IMG/VR virus record: IMGVR_UViG_3300029846_000001
From: a virus
Taxonomy: Duplodnaviria; Heunggongvirae; Uroviricota; Caudoviricetes
Length of the DNA stretch: 64,000 bases
Strand: one strand, 5' to 3'
A model generated the notes under the pieces. The model was not told where the DNA came from and searched no databases. It saw nothing but the letters and a program-made list of their open reading frames with translations. This document shows positions 10,868 to 20,235 of the stretch, in pieces (within the stretch, counting starts at the first letter, position 1; the number at the start of each line of letters is the position of its first letter). Made by a program: the position numbers and the translations under genes.

Positions 10868-11398
10868 ATGAGAAGGAGATTTTTTAATGCTGCGGATAAT
10901 TTTATGGGAGGATGTTATAATAAGTTATCCAATGAAGATATAAAAAGGCTTGGAGGAAAAAGACCTTATGTATGTCAGTTTAATAAAATTCATATACATA
11001 TAGGACCTGTATTAAAAGATCATGATTCTGATGTTAGTTACATAATGTTTAATAGTAATTGGAATCAAGGTGGTTATGAATCTATGGTTTATAATCATAG
11101 CAATAATGGTATTTTTATATTAGGTGAAAACAAAATTGGTAACATAGAAGATCATATACAAGATCTAACATATTGGTACGAATATGATCCAAGCATTAAT
11201 GAAAATTATTGTTATTTTTATTATGAGGCTAATAACAGCGGAAATGCTATCAAGTTGAATGGTGAGTTTGGTGATACCAGTACTGTTTTCAACATTCCCA
11301 GCTTGGAAGTCACCACTCTTCGTGATGGCAGTTTGAGTTTTCCGGAGATTTATATAGAAGGAATTTGGGATCCGTCATTGTATAAGTCGGTTTTATAA
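10868..11398 (+). CDS. small protein with MRRRF N-terminus (MRRR-leader family member 2)
   Basis: ORF (track start 10859 is GTG; ATG at 10868); N-terminus MRRRFFNAAD; preceded by duplicated 3' end of the upstream giant gene, so a tandem paralog or cassette of 10156-10698. Confidence 0.6.
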   Translation: MRRRFFNAADNFMGGCYNKLSNEDIKRLGGKRPYVCQFNKIHIHIGPVLKDHDSDVSYIMFNSNWNQGGYESMVYNHSNNGIFILGENKIGNIEDHIQDLTYWYEYDPSINENYCYFYYEANNSGNAIKLNGEFGDTSTVFNIPSLEVTTLRDGSLSFPEIYIEGIWDPSLYKSVL

Positions 11399-11424
11399 TT
11401 AACTTTGCAAAAAAGTTAATTACA

Positions 11425-13683
11425 ATGGGTGTCAAATGTCAGATAGAAAAAAAGGAAAATGAAATAAAACGGGTTAAGGCTCCTAACGGGGAGCCTTCCG
11501 TTCTTTACGAAAGTGCTTTAAAAGTATTAGGAAACAGCGAGCGGGCCCTTCAGGTATGGGCTAAGGCTTACACTCCTGGTTTTTTGTCGTATTACGGTCA
11601 TTGGAATAACCCGGCTCCAGGGGAGATGTTTAACACCGATCCCAATGGCGAACCTCTTTTAGAAGATGTGCTGTCGTATATGAAGCGTCAGACTTATTTT
11701 GCTGATCCTTTAACGGCTCAGGATGTTAAGGATGTAAGGGATTTCCTTTTGTCTACTCATTATTTTTTCAATGCGTCTTCATTGTCTAATGCTATTCTCT
11801 TCGATTTTTATGTAGATGGCAGTTTGATACTGAATGAGCAGAAATTAAGGAGATCCGGTTTGTATGATGAAACAGAAATAAGTCGTATTTTATCCGATCC
11901 TTCTGTTTTAAACGAGGTTTCGACTTCCATGAGAAAGTTAATAGATTCTTCTATTAACGAACATGATAGGGAAAAGGATAATTATTTTATGTCTGTTGAC
12001 TATCAGTATGGTCCTATTGTTTACAAGGAGGGAGTGTTTAACCAATTTGGTAAAAAAGTACCATATAATCCTTCTGAGCTTTATTGGGCTATGGGCAAAA
12101 CAGTAGCCGGCATAAAAAACTTTTCTGAATTTTCATCTGCTTTTGAATCGTTGAGAAACTCATACCCTGAACTGGTTGAGAAATTCGTTTCTGATAAAGA
12201 ATTTGCCGAATCTATGTTTGATGAGTTCTCATCTACGAATAAGATTCCGGTAATAAACATAGAAGGGGATGATGTGGTAGAAGGCAAGAGAAGATCCTTG
12301 TCTAAGCTACAAGATCTGTCTTATTACAATCCTGGCAAAATAGAGTTCCTAAGAGCTCGTATATCAGCTTATTTACATAGGGCTAATGCCGACACCGAAT
12401 CCGATTTAAGAAGCATGATATGGGATATAGAAGAGGCTTGTACGTGGTTTGGCATAGATATAATAGGGACATCGGAAACTTATGATGGCACAGAAGAATC
12501 TTTGAATAAGATAGATAATTTGATGCTGGATCTTGATATTTATGTGGCCAGGCATAATGATGTAAATTATGCTCCAACGCTGGCATCTTCTATAGATGAT
12601 GTTCTTGGTGATAGTACAGACTATTATTTTGGATTATTGCCGGAGTATATGGATAATTTGAATATCGTTTATTCTGAATCCGATATAGACCCAGTAGAGG
12701 CATTTGAGAAACATTCATTGCTTAAGGTAGGAGATAATCTATATCAAAGGATCAGCAAAGATGATCTTAACGAGATGTATCAAATATCAACAGTATTAGC
12801 CAAGCACAACCTAACTCATTTTTCTACTAAAATATATCCTGAATCTTGTTTTAAGAACGGCGTTTTGGATAAAGAGAAAGTACGGAACGTAGATGATAAT
12901 ACGCTCATGGCTTCCATTAAAAAATACGTCAGATCGTTCATGGATTCTCAGAACACAGAGGACATGATAATGACCAGGATGGCGTTTGGGCACCCTGCGG
13001 TACTTGACGTTCCTTACGTGGATGTGGATCGGGAGTATAGTCGATACATGAACAAAAAACAAGATAGCGAAAACCCATTATCCTTATTCGATTTATACCA
13101 ATCTTACCTTGACAACAAACTCCATAAAACAAAATTATATGATAATGCCTATAAGTATCTTGACTTCAAACCTGGTCCATCTTTGGGTCTTATTTCTGAT
13201 GATCCTGATATTTTGAAATCAATAGAATTATCTTTATCTGGAAAAGACAGGTTGATGTTGTTTGATTATAGCATGACCAGTACCGACCCTTCTTTATCAG
13301 AATTGTTTTATTTGGAGAGGTATGACCCTTCGTATGCTGGGAATGATTTTGAACACTATTTTTACACCAGGCACCCGTATTTGTTAAAAGAAAAATCGGG
13401 TTCTAATATCGTAGAGCAAGATGGTGTTATAACAGCAGAAGGTATTTATGATAATTTTATAAGAGTAGGTAATAAGATATGGTCTAAAGTAAGCGAGAGT
13501 AGTTCCGGCTCTATCTACCAAAATCTGACAGGAACCGAATCGGAGGTGAAATACGATTCTACTCAGAAGGCTAAGACGGTAGAAACTGATTACGCTCCAT
13601 ACCAAAACAGATCTGGCTTGACGCAAGACATGACCGTAAGCAAGTCTGAATTGGATGATCTTAACAAATTGGAATGCAGGTAA
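11425..13683 (+). CDS. hypothetical protein, 752 aa (structural-block protein)
   Basis: 752-aa ORF, co-directional with the giant genes, followed by a hairpin terminator. Confidence 0.75.
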   Translation: MGVKCQIEKKENEIKRVKAPNGEPSVLYESALKVLGNSERALQVWAKAYTPGFLSYYGHWNNPAPGEMFNTDPNGEPLLEDVLSYMKRQTYFADPLTAQDVKDVRDFLLSTHYFFNASSLSNAILFDFYVDGSLILNEQKLRRSGLYDETEISRILSDPSVLNEVSTSMRKLIDSSINEHDREKDNYFMSVDYQYGPIVYKEGVFNQFGKKVPYNPSELYWAMGKTVAGIKNFSEFSSAFESLRNSYPELVEKFVSDKEFAESMFDEFSSTNKIPVINIEGDDVVEGKRRSLSKLQDLSYYNPGKIEFLRARISAYLHRANADTESDLRSMIWDIEEACTWFGIDIIGTSETYDGTEESLNKIDNLMLDLDIYVARHNDVNYAPTLASSIDDVLGDSTDYYFGLLPEYMDNLNIVYSESDIDPVEAFEKHSLLKVGDNLYQRISKDDLNEMYQISTVLAKHNLTHFSTKIYPESCFKNGVLDKEKVRNVDDNTLMASIKKYVRSFMDSQNTEDMIMTRMAFGHPAVLDVPYVDVDREYSRYMNKKQDSENPLSLFDLYQSYLDNKLHKTKLYDNAYKYLDFKPGPSLGLISDDPDILKSIELSLSGKDRLMLFDYSMTSTDPSLSELFYLERYDPSYAGNDFEHYFYTRHPYLLKEKSGSNIVEQDGVITAEGIYDNFIRVGNKIWSKVSESSSGSIYQNLTGTESEVKYDSTQKAKTVETDYAPYQNRSGLTQDMTVSKSELDDLNKLECR

Positions 13684-13721
13684 TTTTTGTATATATATAG
13701 TTTTTTCATAGTTATAATTTG

Positions 13722-13756
13722 GGAAGTGAGGCTTGTGAAAGTCTCACTTTTCTTAT
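13722..13756 (+). terminator. putative Rho-independent terminator (aagtgag / ctcactt stem followed by a T-run)
   Basis: 7-bp inverted repeat 13724-13730 / 13743-13749 followed by ttttcttat, 40 nt after the stop of the 752-aa gene. Confidence 0.4.
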
Positions 13757-13903
13757 ATATGCACGTATATCAATAACATACAAGAAAAGTTAGATTTTCA
13801 TTGTTTATGAATTATTTTTATTAAGTTTGCAATATTAGTTTCAGGAAGGGATTATGGAAATAAGGAAAAAGTAAGAACCGAACGTAACTAATAACAGTAG
13901 GAA

Positions 13904-14101
13904 ATGAGAATCAGTACCATCAAACGTAACAACAGCATTCATCTTATGTATAAAAACATTATGAATGATTTAGGTCAATTAAGAACTGTAGTTTCAAAAT
14001 CCTATATTTATAATCTGATACAAAATCAAACCGGATTAAGTATCAGAACTATATCCCATGTCTTGAATCACACAAAAGAACAGGATACAGATTCTTTGTG
14101 A
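13904..14101 (+). CDS. small putative helix-turn-helix DNA-binding protein (65 aa)
   Basis: Segment SKSYIYNLIQNQTGLSIRTISHVLNH resembles a classic HTH; sits alone in a 700-bp AT-rich intergenic island. Confidence 0.3.
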   Translation: MRISTIKRNNSIHLMYKNIMNDLGQLRTVVSKSYIYNLIQNQTGLSIRTISHVLNHTKEQDTDSL

Positions 14102-14183
14102 AAGGCATACATTTTCCTACATTTGTGTGTTCTTTAGTTTTTAGATTTAAGTTTTTCATGGTATTAGTTTAGATTAGTGTAGA

Positions 14184-14222
14184 TCAGGGCTCGCAGTGAT
14201 GCGGGCCCTGGTTTGATTTAAA
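14184..14222 (+). terminator. putative terminator hairpin (cagggc...gccctg) followed by a weak T-run
   Basis: GC-rich 6-7-bp stem cagggctcgcagtgatgcgggccctg, then gtttgattt. Confidence 0.3.
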
Positions 14223-14388
14223 AAGTATTAAAATATTTGCTATTTAAAATCCTGTTCCTATCTTTGCTCCAGAAACAATGAACAACGAGATCCCACCTCT
14301 GGTTGTTTGATGTTGAAAGATATTTTTGGCTCATTAGGGTTTGTCATAGTGGGATCTGACATTCTCTTTTGGGCCTATTTTTTTTATC

Positions 14389-14964
14389 ATGGATAAAGTT
14401 TCTGTTTTTGAAAGTTCGGATTTTGGAGAGCTTAGAATTATTGTAGATCCAAAAGGAGATGTTTGGTTTGTGGCGTCAGATGTGGCTAAATCTCTTGGAT
14501 ATATAAATGCTAAAGATGCGGTAAAAAGACATGTAGATGATGATGATTCTATGCTTTTGCAAGTATCTGATAATCAATGGGGCGTAAAACGATCTATATT
14601 GAAAACCAGATATATAGATAGTATAAGAATAATTAATGAATCTGGTTTATATTCTCTTATATTATCTTCAAAATTAGAGTCTGCTAAGAGATTTAAGAAA
14701 TGGGTAACATCTGAGGTTCTTCCTTCTATTCGTAAAACAGGAGAATATAAAACAAGTTCCGGTGGAAAGGGAATTTTGGTCCCTGACTTTTCTAATCCGG
14801 CAGATGCAGCAAGAGCCTGGGCTGATCAATATGAAGCTGCTCAAAAAGCTATAGCCGAAAAGTCGCAGGCAGAGGCAGAAGCCGTCGTTCTGATGGGACG
14901 TACATGGAGTACGGACATGGGTTCCTTCCTCCTTATGATCATTACGGTATGCATGAGAAGATGA
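14389..14964 (+). CDS. Bro-N / KilA-N-like domain protein (phage antirepressor-like)
   Basis: GELRIIVDPKGDVWFVASDVAKSLGY ... SGLYSLILSSKLESAKRFKKWVTSEVLPSIRKTGEY matches the Bro-N family N-terminal domain; the C-terminus appears to change frame (see 14856-15170). Confidence 0.7.
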   Translation: MDKVSVFESSDFGELRIIVDPKGDVWFVASDVAKSLGYINAKDAVKRHVDDDDSMLLQVSDNQWGVKRSILKTRYIDSIRIINESGLYSLILSSKLESAKRFKKWVTSEVLPSIRKTGEYKTSSGGKGILVPDFSNPADAARAWADQYEAAQKAIAEKSQAEAEAVVLMGRTWSTDMGSFLLMIITVCMRR

Positions 14965-15170
14965 AGGAAATGGAAGAACGCGAAAACGAGCTGGAAGAAA
15001 GGGAAAGAAGGCTCGAAGAGCGCGAACGTCGTCATGAAATGGAGGACCGGGAATACCGGAGGATGGGTTACGAATCCTACCCGACCGATTACTATGGAGA
15101 CGACAGATACTACGGTGACGGACCTCAGATGCGTAGAGGTCGCGGACGTGGCAGAGGTCGTTCTTATTGA
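14856..15170 (+). CDS. Glu/Arg-rich and RG-repeat C-terminal segment in the -1 frame relative to Bro-N (possible frameshifted C-terminal extension)
   Basis: The frame is open from 14856 (PKVAGRGRSRRSDGTYMEYGHG...) through EERENELEERERRLEERERRHEMEDREYRR ... RRGRGRGRGRSY*; it overlaps the last 36 codons of the Bro-N ORF; locally GC-rich. Confidence 0.35.
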   Translation, partial: RKVAGRGRSRRSDGTYMEYGHGFLPPYDHYGMHEKMKEMEERENELEERERRLEERERRHEMEDREYRRMGYESYPTDYYGDDRYYGDGPQMRRGRGRGRGRSY

Positions 15171-15263
15171 GGAGCAGACGCAGAGGATCCAGCTTATCAG
15201 AAATATGTAGATACTTACGGCTACCATTTTTCTAATGCTCTCGCTGATGAGGCGGTAAAGAAG

Positions 15264-15557
15264 ATGGTCAACGTCGATGGATCCAAGAGGATCTGGAAGC
15301 AGCCGGAAATAAAAGATATTTTTGAAAAGTGCGGAGCGAAGAAGCCGGATAAAGCGACATGGGGCGATGTCCAATATGTCTTTGCAATGTACTATTCGGA
15401 TGGTTTTCCGAAGGTCTTCAAATGTGAGAACGAGTTGGTGAAAGCTACGTTAATGTATTTGGATGATCCGGATGCTCCCGAAGGAGTAGCCTTTATAAGA
15501 TGGCTTGCCGTGCAAGATTACCTCGGCGAAAAAATAAACTGGAAGGATCTGACCTGA
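15264..15557 (+). CDS. hypothetical protein, 97 aa
   Basis: ORF in a co-directional island, followed by a terminator-like hairpin. Confidence 0.45.
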   Translation: MVNVDGSKRIWKQPEIKDIFEKCGAKKPDKATWGDVQYVFAMYYSDGFPKVFKCENELVKATLMYLDDPDAPEGVAFIRWLAVQDYLGEKINWKDLT

Positions 15558-15918
15558 GATCCAGATCCAGGTCCTTCCGGTGGTGCGGGAGCCATAGTAA
15601 AAAATATGATTCCCGCATTCCCGTTTTTCCCGTTTGGAAAAAAAGGAATAAAAATATTATACCGGTCGGCGGGCAATAGAATACCCGTGGCCGGTTTGTT
15701 TCACATAACTTTTTTTTGACATGAATATAGCACACGAATCTAAATCGAATAAAACCCCATTGTATTTAATAGGAGAGTTGATTGGCGTACCGAATACGGT
15801 TATGGACTCAGCATTGCATGAACTGAGAGATAGAATAGACAAAGACCCTAAATATAAAGATGTTAAAAATTGGCTCGAGTCTTTACCCAAGATCTGAACC
15901 TGTTTTTTCAATACCAGG

Positions 15919-15950
15919 CCCGATGCGATTTTAACGTATCGGGTTTTTAT
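15919..15950 (+). terminator. putative Rho-independent terminator (cccgat...atcggg followed by ttttta)
   Basis: 6-bp stem 15919-15924 / 15938-15943 followed by a T-run. Confidence 0.4.
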
Positions 15951-16023
15951 TTTAATTCATATTGTTTTATTTCAAATCTAATTAATTCATGAATGTCGTA
16001 CATTTGTTGAAAAAGTATTTTTT

Positions 16024-16251
16024 ATGGAAAATAAGGAAGATTACGTTGGTTACGAAGATCAAGAACTGTGTAACCGGTATTACAAAGAGGCTGAAGCCAT
16101 GAGACAAAAGCAGGACTGGTCTCGGCTTAGGGCTGTCCCTGCTCCGGCTAAGGGAACGCCATCGCCCGGCTGGGGTCAGCTTGGACGTGGAAATGGTGTC
16201 AGTGTTAAGTACGTTAGCATCAATTCAGGATTAGGAGGGGACAGATTATGA
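16024..16251 (+). CDS. hypothetical protein, 75 aa
   Basis: ORF; 4-nt overlap (ATGA) with the next ORF suggests coupling. Confidence 0.35.
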   Translation: MENKEDYVGYEDQELCNRYYKEAEAMRQKQDWSRLRAVPAPAKGTPSPGWGQLGRGNGVSVKYVSINSGLGGDRL

Positions 16252-16463
16252 CTGTAGAAGAATTGGCTAATAAAAGATACGGTGGCGAATTTGTTTTCAT
16301 GTTTGGTCATCTTGAAGGTAGAACAAGATTCGTTTTTGAATGCTTTGATCCAAGACCTGATCATGAAGGTAAAAACACTTATATAGTTTCTTATTTTGAT
16401 AAGGGACTTCGTAGAAGAGATGTGGTAGATGTGCCATGTTATATGAATGTTTTAGCAAAATAA
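16248..16463 (+). CDS. hypothetical protein, 71 aa
   Basis: ORF coupled to the upstream ORF. Confidence 0.4.
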   Translation: MTVEELANKRYGGEFVFMFGHLEGRTRFVFECFDPRPDHEGKNTYIVSYFDKGLRRRDVVDVPCYMNVLAK

Positions 16464-16483
16464 ATTAAAATATTGTAAATATC

Positions 16484-17119
16484 GTGGTTAGAATCGCATA
16501 TTTCGGAACCGATGGCTGCCCCGGTCATCACGTTATTCCAATACGAGGTAAATTTACGGAAGAGGATGTTAAGGTAATAGAATCTGTAGATTGTGATGAT
16601 TTCTATAAGGTGTTTGATGTCATGCGTTTTAAGATAGCTGAGTTTAAAGGATGGACGATATTAGGAATCCCGGCAAGCTTAGACGATCATAGACCTGGAA
16701 GCAAAACCGTTATCTTCATAGAGGGTGAAGCTAACGAAACTGACTTTATGGAAGTTATACAAGAGTATTCTTTTCTTAAAAATAAGGTAAAGAAACTTGC
16801 CGAATTGTATCATGATGGAGAATGGCTTGCGACTGGTAAATTGAATCAAGATCCGCCTACTAACAAGGAGCGGTTTCAATTTACGTTAGACAAGGATGAT
16901 ATTATTAACCTGATTAGGGGAGTCGATTTAGATCCTTATTCTGATGTGGCGAATGAAATGGAGAAAATCGGATTGGGATCATCATCTGATTCTTCATATG
17001 AGGGTCCCACATGGTCTTGGTTTGTTAACAAAGTAGAACTTTGGCAGAAGAATAATGTATGGGATAGTTTCTCCGCTGAGTTTTTGTGGGGTTTGTATTG
17101 TAGGATAAAGAAAGTATAG
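16484..17119 (+). CDS. hypothetical protein, 211 aa
   Basis: ORF (track start may be GTG); no recognisable motif. Confidence 0.5.
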   Translation: MVRIAYFGTDGCPGHHVIPIRGKFTEEDVKVIESVDCDDFYKVFDVMRFKIAEFKGWTILGIPASLDDHRPGSKTVIFIEGEANETDFMEVIQEYSFLKNKVKKLAELYHDGEWLATGKLNQDPPTNKERFQFTLDKDDIINLIRGVDLDPYSDVANEMEKIGLGSSSDSSYEGPTWSWFVNKVELWQKNNVWDSFSAEFLWGLYCRIKKV

Positions 17120-17142
17120 TAACAATTAATTTAAAACAAATC

Positions 17143-18006
17143 ATGGAATTAAAAGATTTTAAAGATGTGGTTAGAGTAATGACAAAAGAAGAGTTCGAAT
17201 CAACAATCGAAGAAGATATTAAATTCGTTGAGGGATTCAAGAATTTCTTAAAACATGATGATGCCACGAGGATAGTAGAGCATATCAAGTCTGTGTTAGA
17301 AGCATCAGTAGATTATTACTATCCTAATCATCCTGAAGTAGAATTTGAAAAAGATTTTAATATACAATACGATGTCAATAATATCTTGAACAAATACGGC
17401 CACACCGAAATGGGTATGTATAAAATACAGCTCTATATAGAGAATATTTTGGGTAGTATTCAAAACAAGAAGCCTGTAGACGTGGGAGAAGTCTCTGACG
17501 GATACCACACTTTCAATGAATTGTATCGGTATCGCATGTTGTATAACGCTGCCTTCTTTAATCTATTAGCCAGAAACGGACAGGTTGAAGTTTGCAAATC
17601 AAGGAGACACAGCGACGGAGAAAAATGCTTCGGTTCTGATGATTGGTTTATTGTGATGGCGATCCTACCTACCGGTCAGGTATCTAATCACTATGAAAGC
17701 AAATACTGGGATTTGTTTGATGTTCCTGAAAGAGAAACTGCTTTCGAATACGATGGCCATACACCAAATGAAGCTGCCGACAGACTTAAAAAGTATCTCA
17801 AATTGCCTCGTCGTGGCATGACATTCGAACAGGCTTTAGAACGGCTTAAATTAGGTCGTAAGATAAAAAGAATCGATTGGGGTAAAAAGTATATCTGTAT
17901 GTTTGACGTAAATATATTGATGGTAGATACAGGTCAAAAAGTAGCATCAAATTGGAATCCAACCGAACATGATATTATGTCTAATGACTGGGAGATTGCG
18001 GGATGA
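17143..18006 (+). CDS. hypothetical protein, 287 aa
   Basis: ORF; C-terminal W/K-rich segment (MTFEQALERLKLGRKIKRIDWGKKYICMFD...DWEI) of unknown function. Confidence 0.55.
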   Translation: MELKDFKDVVRVMTKEEFESTIEEDIKFVEGFKNFLKHDDATRIVEHIKSVLEASVDYYYPNHPEVEFEKDFNIQYDVNNILNKYGHTEMGMYKIQLYIENILGSIQNKKPVDVGEVSDGYHTFNELYRYRMLYNAAFFNLLARNGQVEVCKSRRHSDGEKCFGSDDWFIVMAILPTGQVSNHYESKYWDLFDVPERETAFEYDGHTPNEAADRLKKYLKLPRRGMTFEQALERLKLGRKIKRIDWGKKYICMFDVNILMVDTGQKVASNWNPTEHDIMSNDWEIAG

Positions 18007-18042
18007 GTTTGTATATCCGAAATAACATTAAAACAATATAAT

Positions 18043-18268
18043 TTTATTATAAGGTTTTAATGTACCATAAATGGTCCGGATATTAGCCTAAGCCTTGAAA
18101 CGAAGGCTACGTTATTTAAGAATAGATAGTTACCTACGGATGTTTACCCAAGTCTGTAGCTCTAAGGTAAGTGATTAAACAGTTCTGGTATTCAGGAACG
18201 GTGTTGCTTACTAAAAACCTTAAATAACATTGGCGATGGGTACTAACAGAGTTTTACTCTGACTTATG
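18043..18268 (+). ncRNA. candidate omega RNA (IscB guide RNA scaffold), copy A, directly upstream of iscB
   Basis: About 225-nt noncoding element ending 30 nt before the iscB ATG; a homologous inverted copy at 47930-48170 shows compensatory base changes (e.g. stem ctacgg/ctgtag versus caagga/ttcttg around the conserved loop atgtttacccaagt); small hairpin accataaatggt at its 5' side. Confidence 0.55.
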
Positions 18269-18297
18269 TTGAATAAACATTAAAAACGTTTGTAGAT

Positions 18298-19518
18298 ATG
18301 GTGTACGTACAAGACATAAATGGTAAACCTTTGATGCCCACAACAAGGCATGGTAAGGTTAGACGACTGCTTAAAGACAAAAAGGCAGTTGTTGTAAACC
18401 TATGTCCGTTTACCATCAAATTAATGTACGTTACATCTGATTACAAACAGGAAATTGTTTTAGGCGTTGATGCTGGAACTAAACATGTTGGTCTATCAGC
18501 AACGACGAAAAGCAAAGAACTTTACAGCAGTGAAGTAATTCTTAGAAATGATATCGTAGATCTTTTGTCTACCAGAAGAGAGCTACGGAAAGCAAGACGG
18601 AACAGGTTAAGATATAGAAAACCTCGTTTTGATAACAGAGTAAAAAGCAAGCGTCTAGGATGGATAGCACCTTCGGTGAAATACAAAGTAGACGCCCATA
18701 TTCGTGTTGTTGAAAATGTTTGCTCTATATTACCAATATCTCGTATTGTTATTGAAGTAGCTCAATTCGATACTCAAAAGATTAAGAATCCTGAGATATC
18801 AGGTAAAGAATACCAGGAAGGTGATCAACTTGAGTTGTGGAACACAAGGGAGTATGTTTTAGCAAGAGATGGACATAAATGCCAGTATTGTAAAGGCAAG
18901 TCAAAAGATTCTATACTGAATGTTCATCATATTGAGTCTCGAAAAACCGGAGGGGATTCCCCTTCTAATCTTATAACTTTATGTGAAACATGTCACAAAG
19001 AATACCATAAAGGTAATATAGATTTAAAGATCAGAAGAGGCAAGTCGCTTCGCGACGCAGCCGTAATGGGAATTATGAAATGGAGGTTGTATGAAGAGTT
19101 AAAATCCAGATACGACAGAGTTTTTATGACGTTTGGTTACATTACGAAACATAATCGGATTAAATATGGGATTGAAAAATCCCATACATCCGACGCGTTT
19201 GTCATTTCTAAGAATATTAATGCGAAACGAATCGAACGTCAATATTTAAAACGTTTAATTCGTAGACATAATAGACAAATACATAAAATGAAAATTTTAA
19301 AAGGGGGGAAGAAGAAAAACAATCAAGCTCCTTTTGAGGTTTTCGGTTTTAGGTTGTTTGATAAAGTGTTGTATAACAATAAAATATTCTTTGTTTATGG
19401 AAGGAGAAAATCAGGGAGTTTCAATATCAGGGATTTCAACGGAGAAAATTCAAAAGATGTTTCACGCAAAAAGTTTAAACTCATTAGAGGGAAGAGGCAT
19501 CCGATTATATTAAAGTAA
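18298..19518 (+). CDS. iscB: IscB, an OMEGA-system RNA-guided nuclease (IS200/IS605-associated Cas9 ancestor), 406 aa
   Basis: PLMP motif (DINGKPLMPTTRHGK); RuvC-I (LGVDAGTKHVGLS); Arg-rich bridge helix (RRELRKARRNRLRYRKPRF); RuvC-II (IVIEVAQFD); HNH (CQYCKG...NVHHIESRKTGGDSPSNLITLCETCHKEYH); RuvC-III (KSHTSDAFVIS). Confidence 0.85.
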   Translation: MVYVQDINGKPLMPTTRHGKVRRLLKDKKAVVVNLCPFTIKLMYVTSDYKQEIVLGVDAGTKHVGLSATTKSKELYSSEVILRNDIVDLLSTRRELRKARRNRLRYRKPRFDNRVKSKRLGWIAPSVKYKVDAHIRVVENVCSILPISRIVIEVAQFDTQKIKNPEISGKEYQEGDQLELWNTREYVLARDGHKCQYCKGKSKDSILNVHHIESRKTGGDSPSNLITLCETCHKEYHKGNIDLKIRRGKSLRDAAVMGIMKWRLYEELKSRYDRVFMTFGYITKHNRIKYGIEKSHTSDAFVISKNINAKRIERQYLKRLIRRHNRQIHKMKILKGGKKKNNQAPFEVFGFRLFDKVLYNNKIFFVYGRRKSGSFNIRDFNGENSKDVSRKKFKLIRGKRHPIILK

Positions 19519-19555
19519 ATGAACGGATTTAATAAATTTAATAGAAAAACGTATC

Positions 19556-19861
19556 ATGTATAATAAAGAAATAGTAATATGCGCGGCCATCTGGGTGCAG
19601 GACGGCAAGAAGCGTCCTCATCAGCCCACCAATATACCATCCGGCGCCGTATTTTGTGGATTGAGACATTGTTCTATCATTTCTCAGTTTGCGGCATACG
19701 GTATAGCTCATAAAAACCGCAGTGTTCAAGGATTTTTGACAAGCAAGAACCGGTTTCTGACGAGAGAAGAAGCGTCTGAGCTTGTTAAGAACAATAATCA
19801 GGAGATGGTAGTAGATAGGAATGCTATTAGAGAACAATTGTATTCAGAAGATTTATATTAA
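19556..19861 (+). CDS. hypothetical protein, 101 aa
   Basis: ORF immediately downstream of iscB. Confidence 0.45.
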   Translation: MYNKEIVICAAIWVQDGKKRPHQPTNIPSGAVFCGLRHCSIISQFAAYGIAHKNRSVQGFLTSKNRFLTREEASELVKNNNQEMVVDRNAIREQLYSEDLY

Positions 19862-19878
19862 CTAAAAAACAAAACAAC

Positions 19879-20235
19879 ATGGGGTTTAAAATCAAAAAGT
19901 CAATCATTTATAATATGATGAACGGCAGTCGGGTAGAGTACGAATTTGACAATACCAAGGATTTTGATTATATTACATTTAAGGGTGATGGCAAAGAGTC
20001 TTTTTCATTTAACGTAATCCTTGTTAAACAATTAATTGAAACATTTGAAATCATGTTGCAGGATATATATTCTGATAATTATAAGCTTAAGGTTTATGCT
20101 GGTAATTGCATAGCTCAATTGAACGTAAATCCAAAGGACTCAAGTGAATCCTTTTTTGACGTATATGATAAAGATGAAACGAAACTGATATATGGAATAG
20201 AGATCGGTATTCTGAAAGAAATGTTTGGCATATGA
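19879..20235 (+). CDS. hypothetical protein, 118 aa
   Basis: ORF; ATGA overlap with the next ORF. Confidence 0.5.
   Translation: MGFKIKKSIIYNMMNGSRVEYEFDNTKDFDYITFKGDGKESFSFNVILVKQLIETFEIMLQDIYSDNYKLKVYAGNCIAQLNVNPKDSSESFFDVYDKDETKLIYGIEIGILKEMFGI

Noticed and set aside
14841-15374. 177-aa minus-strand ORF overlapping the Bro-N gene and the ER/RG-rich region
   Set aside because: It is antisense to two plausible plus-strand coding frames. Its translation is low-complexity and mirrors the GC-rich repeat.
18298-19518. RuvC plus HNH protein considered as a Cas9
   Set aside because: It is only 406 aa and has an N-terminal PLMP motif, with no REC lobe-sized insertion and no CRISPR array. That architecture is IscB, not Cas9.
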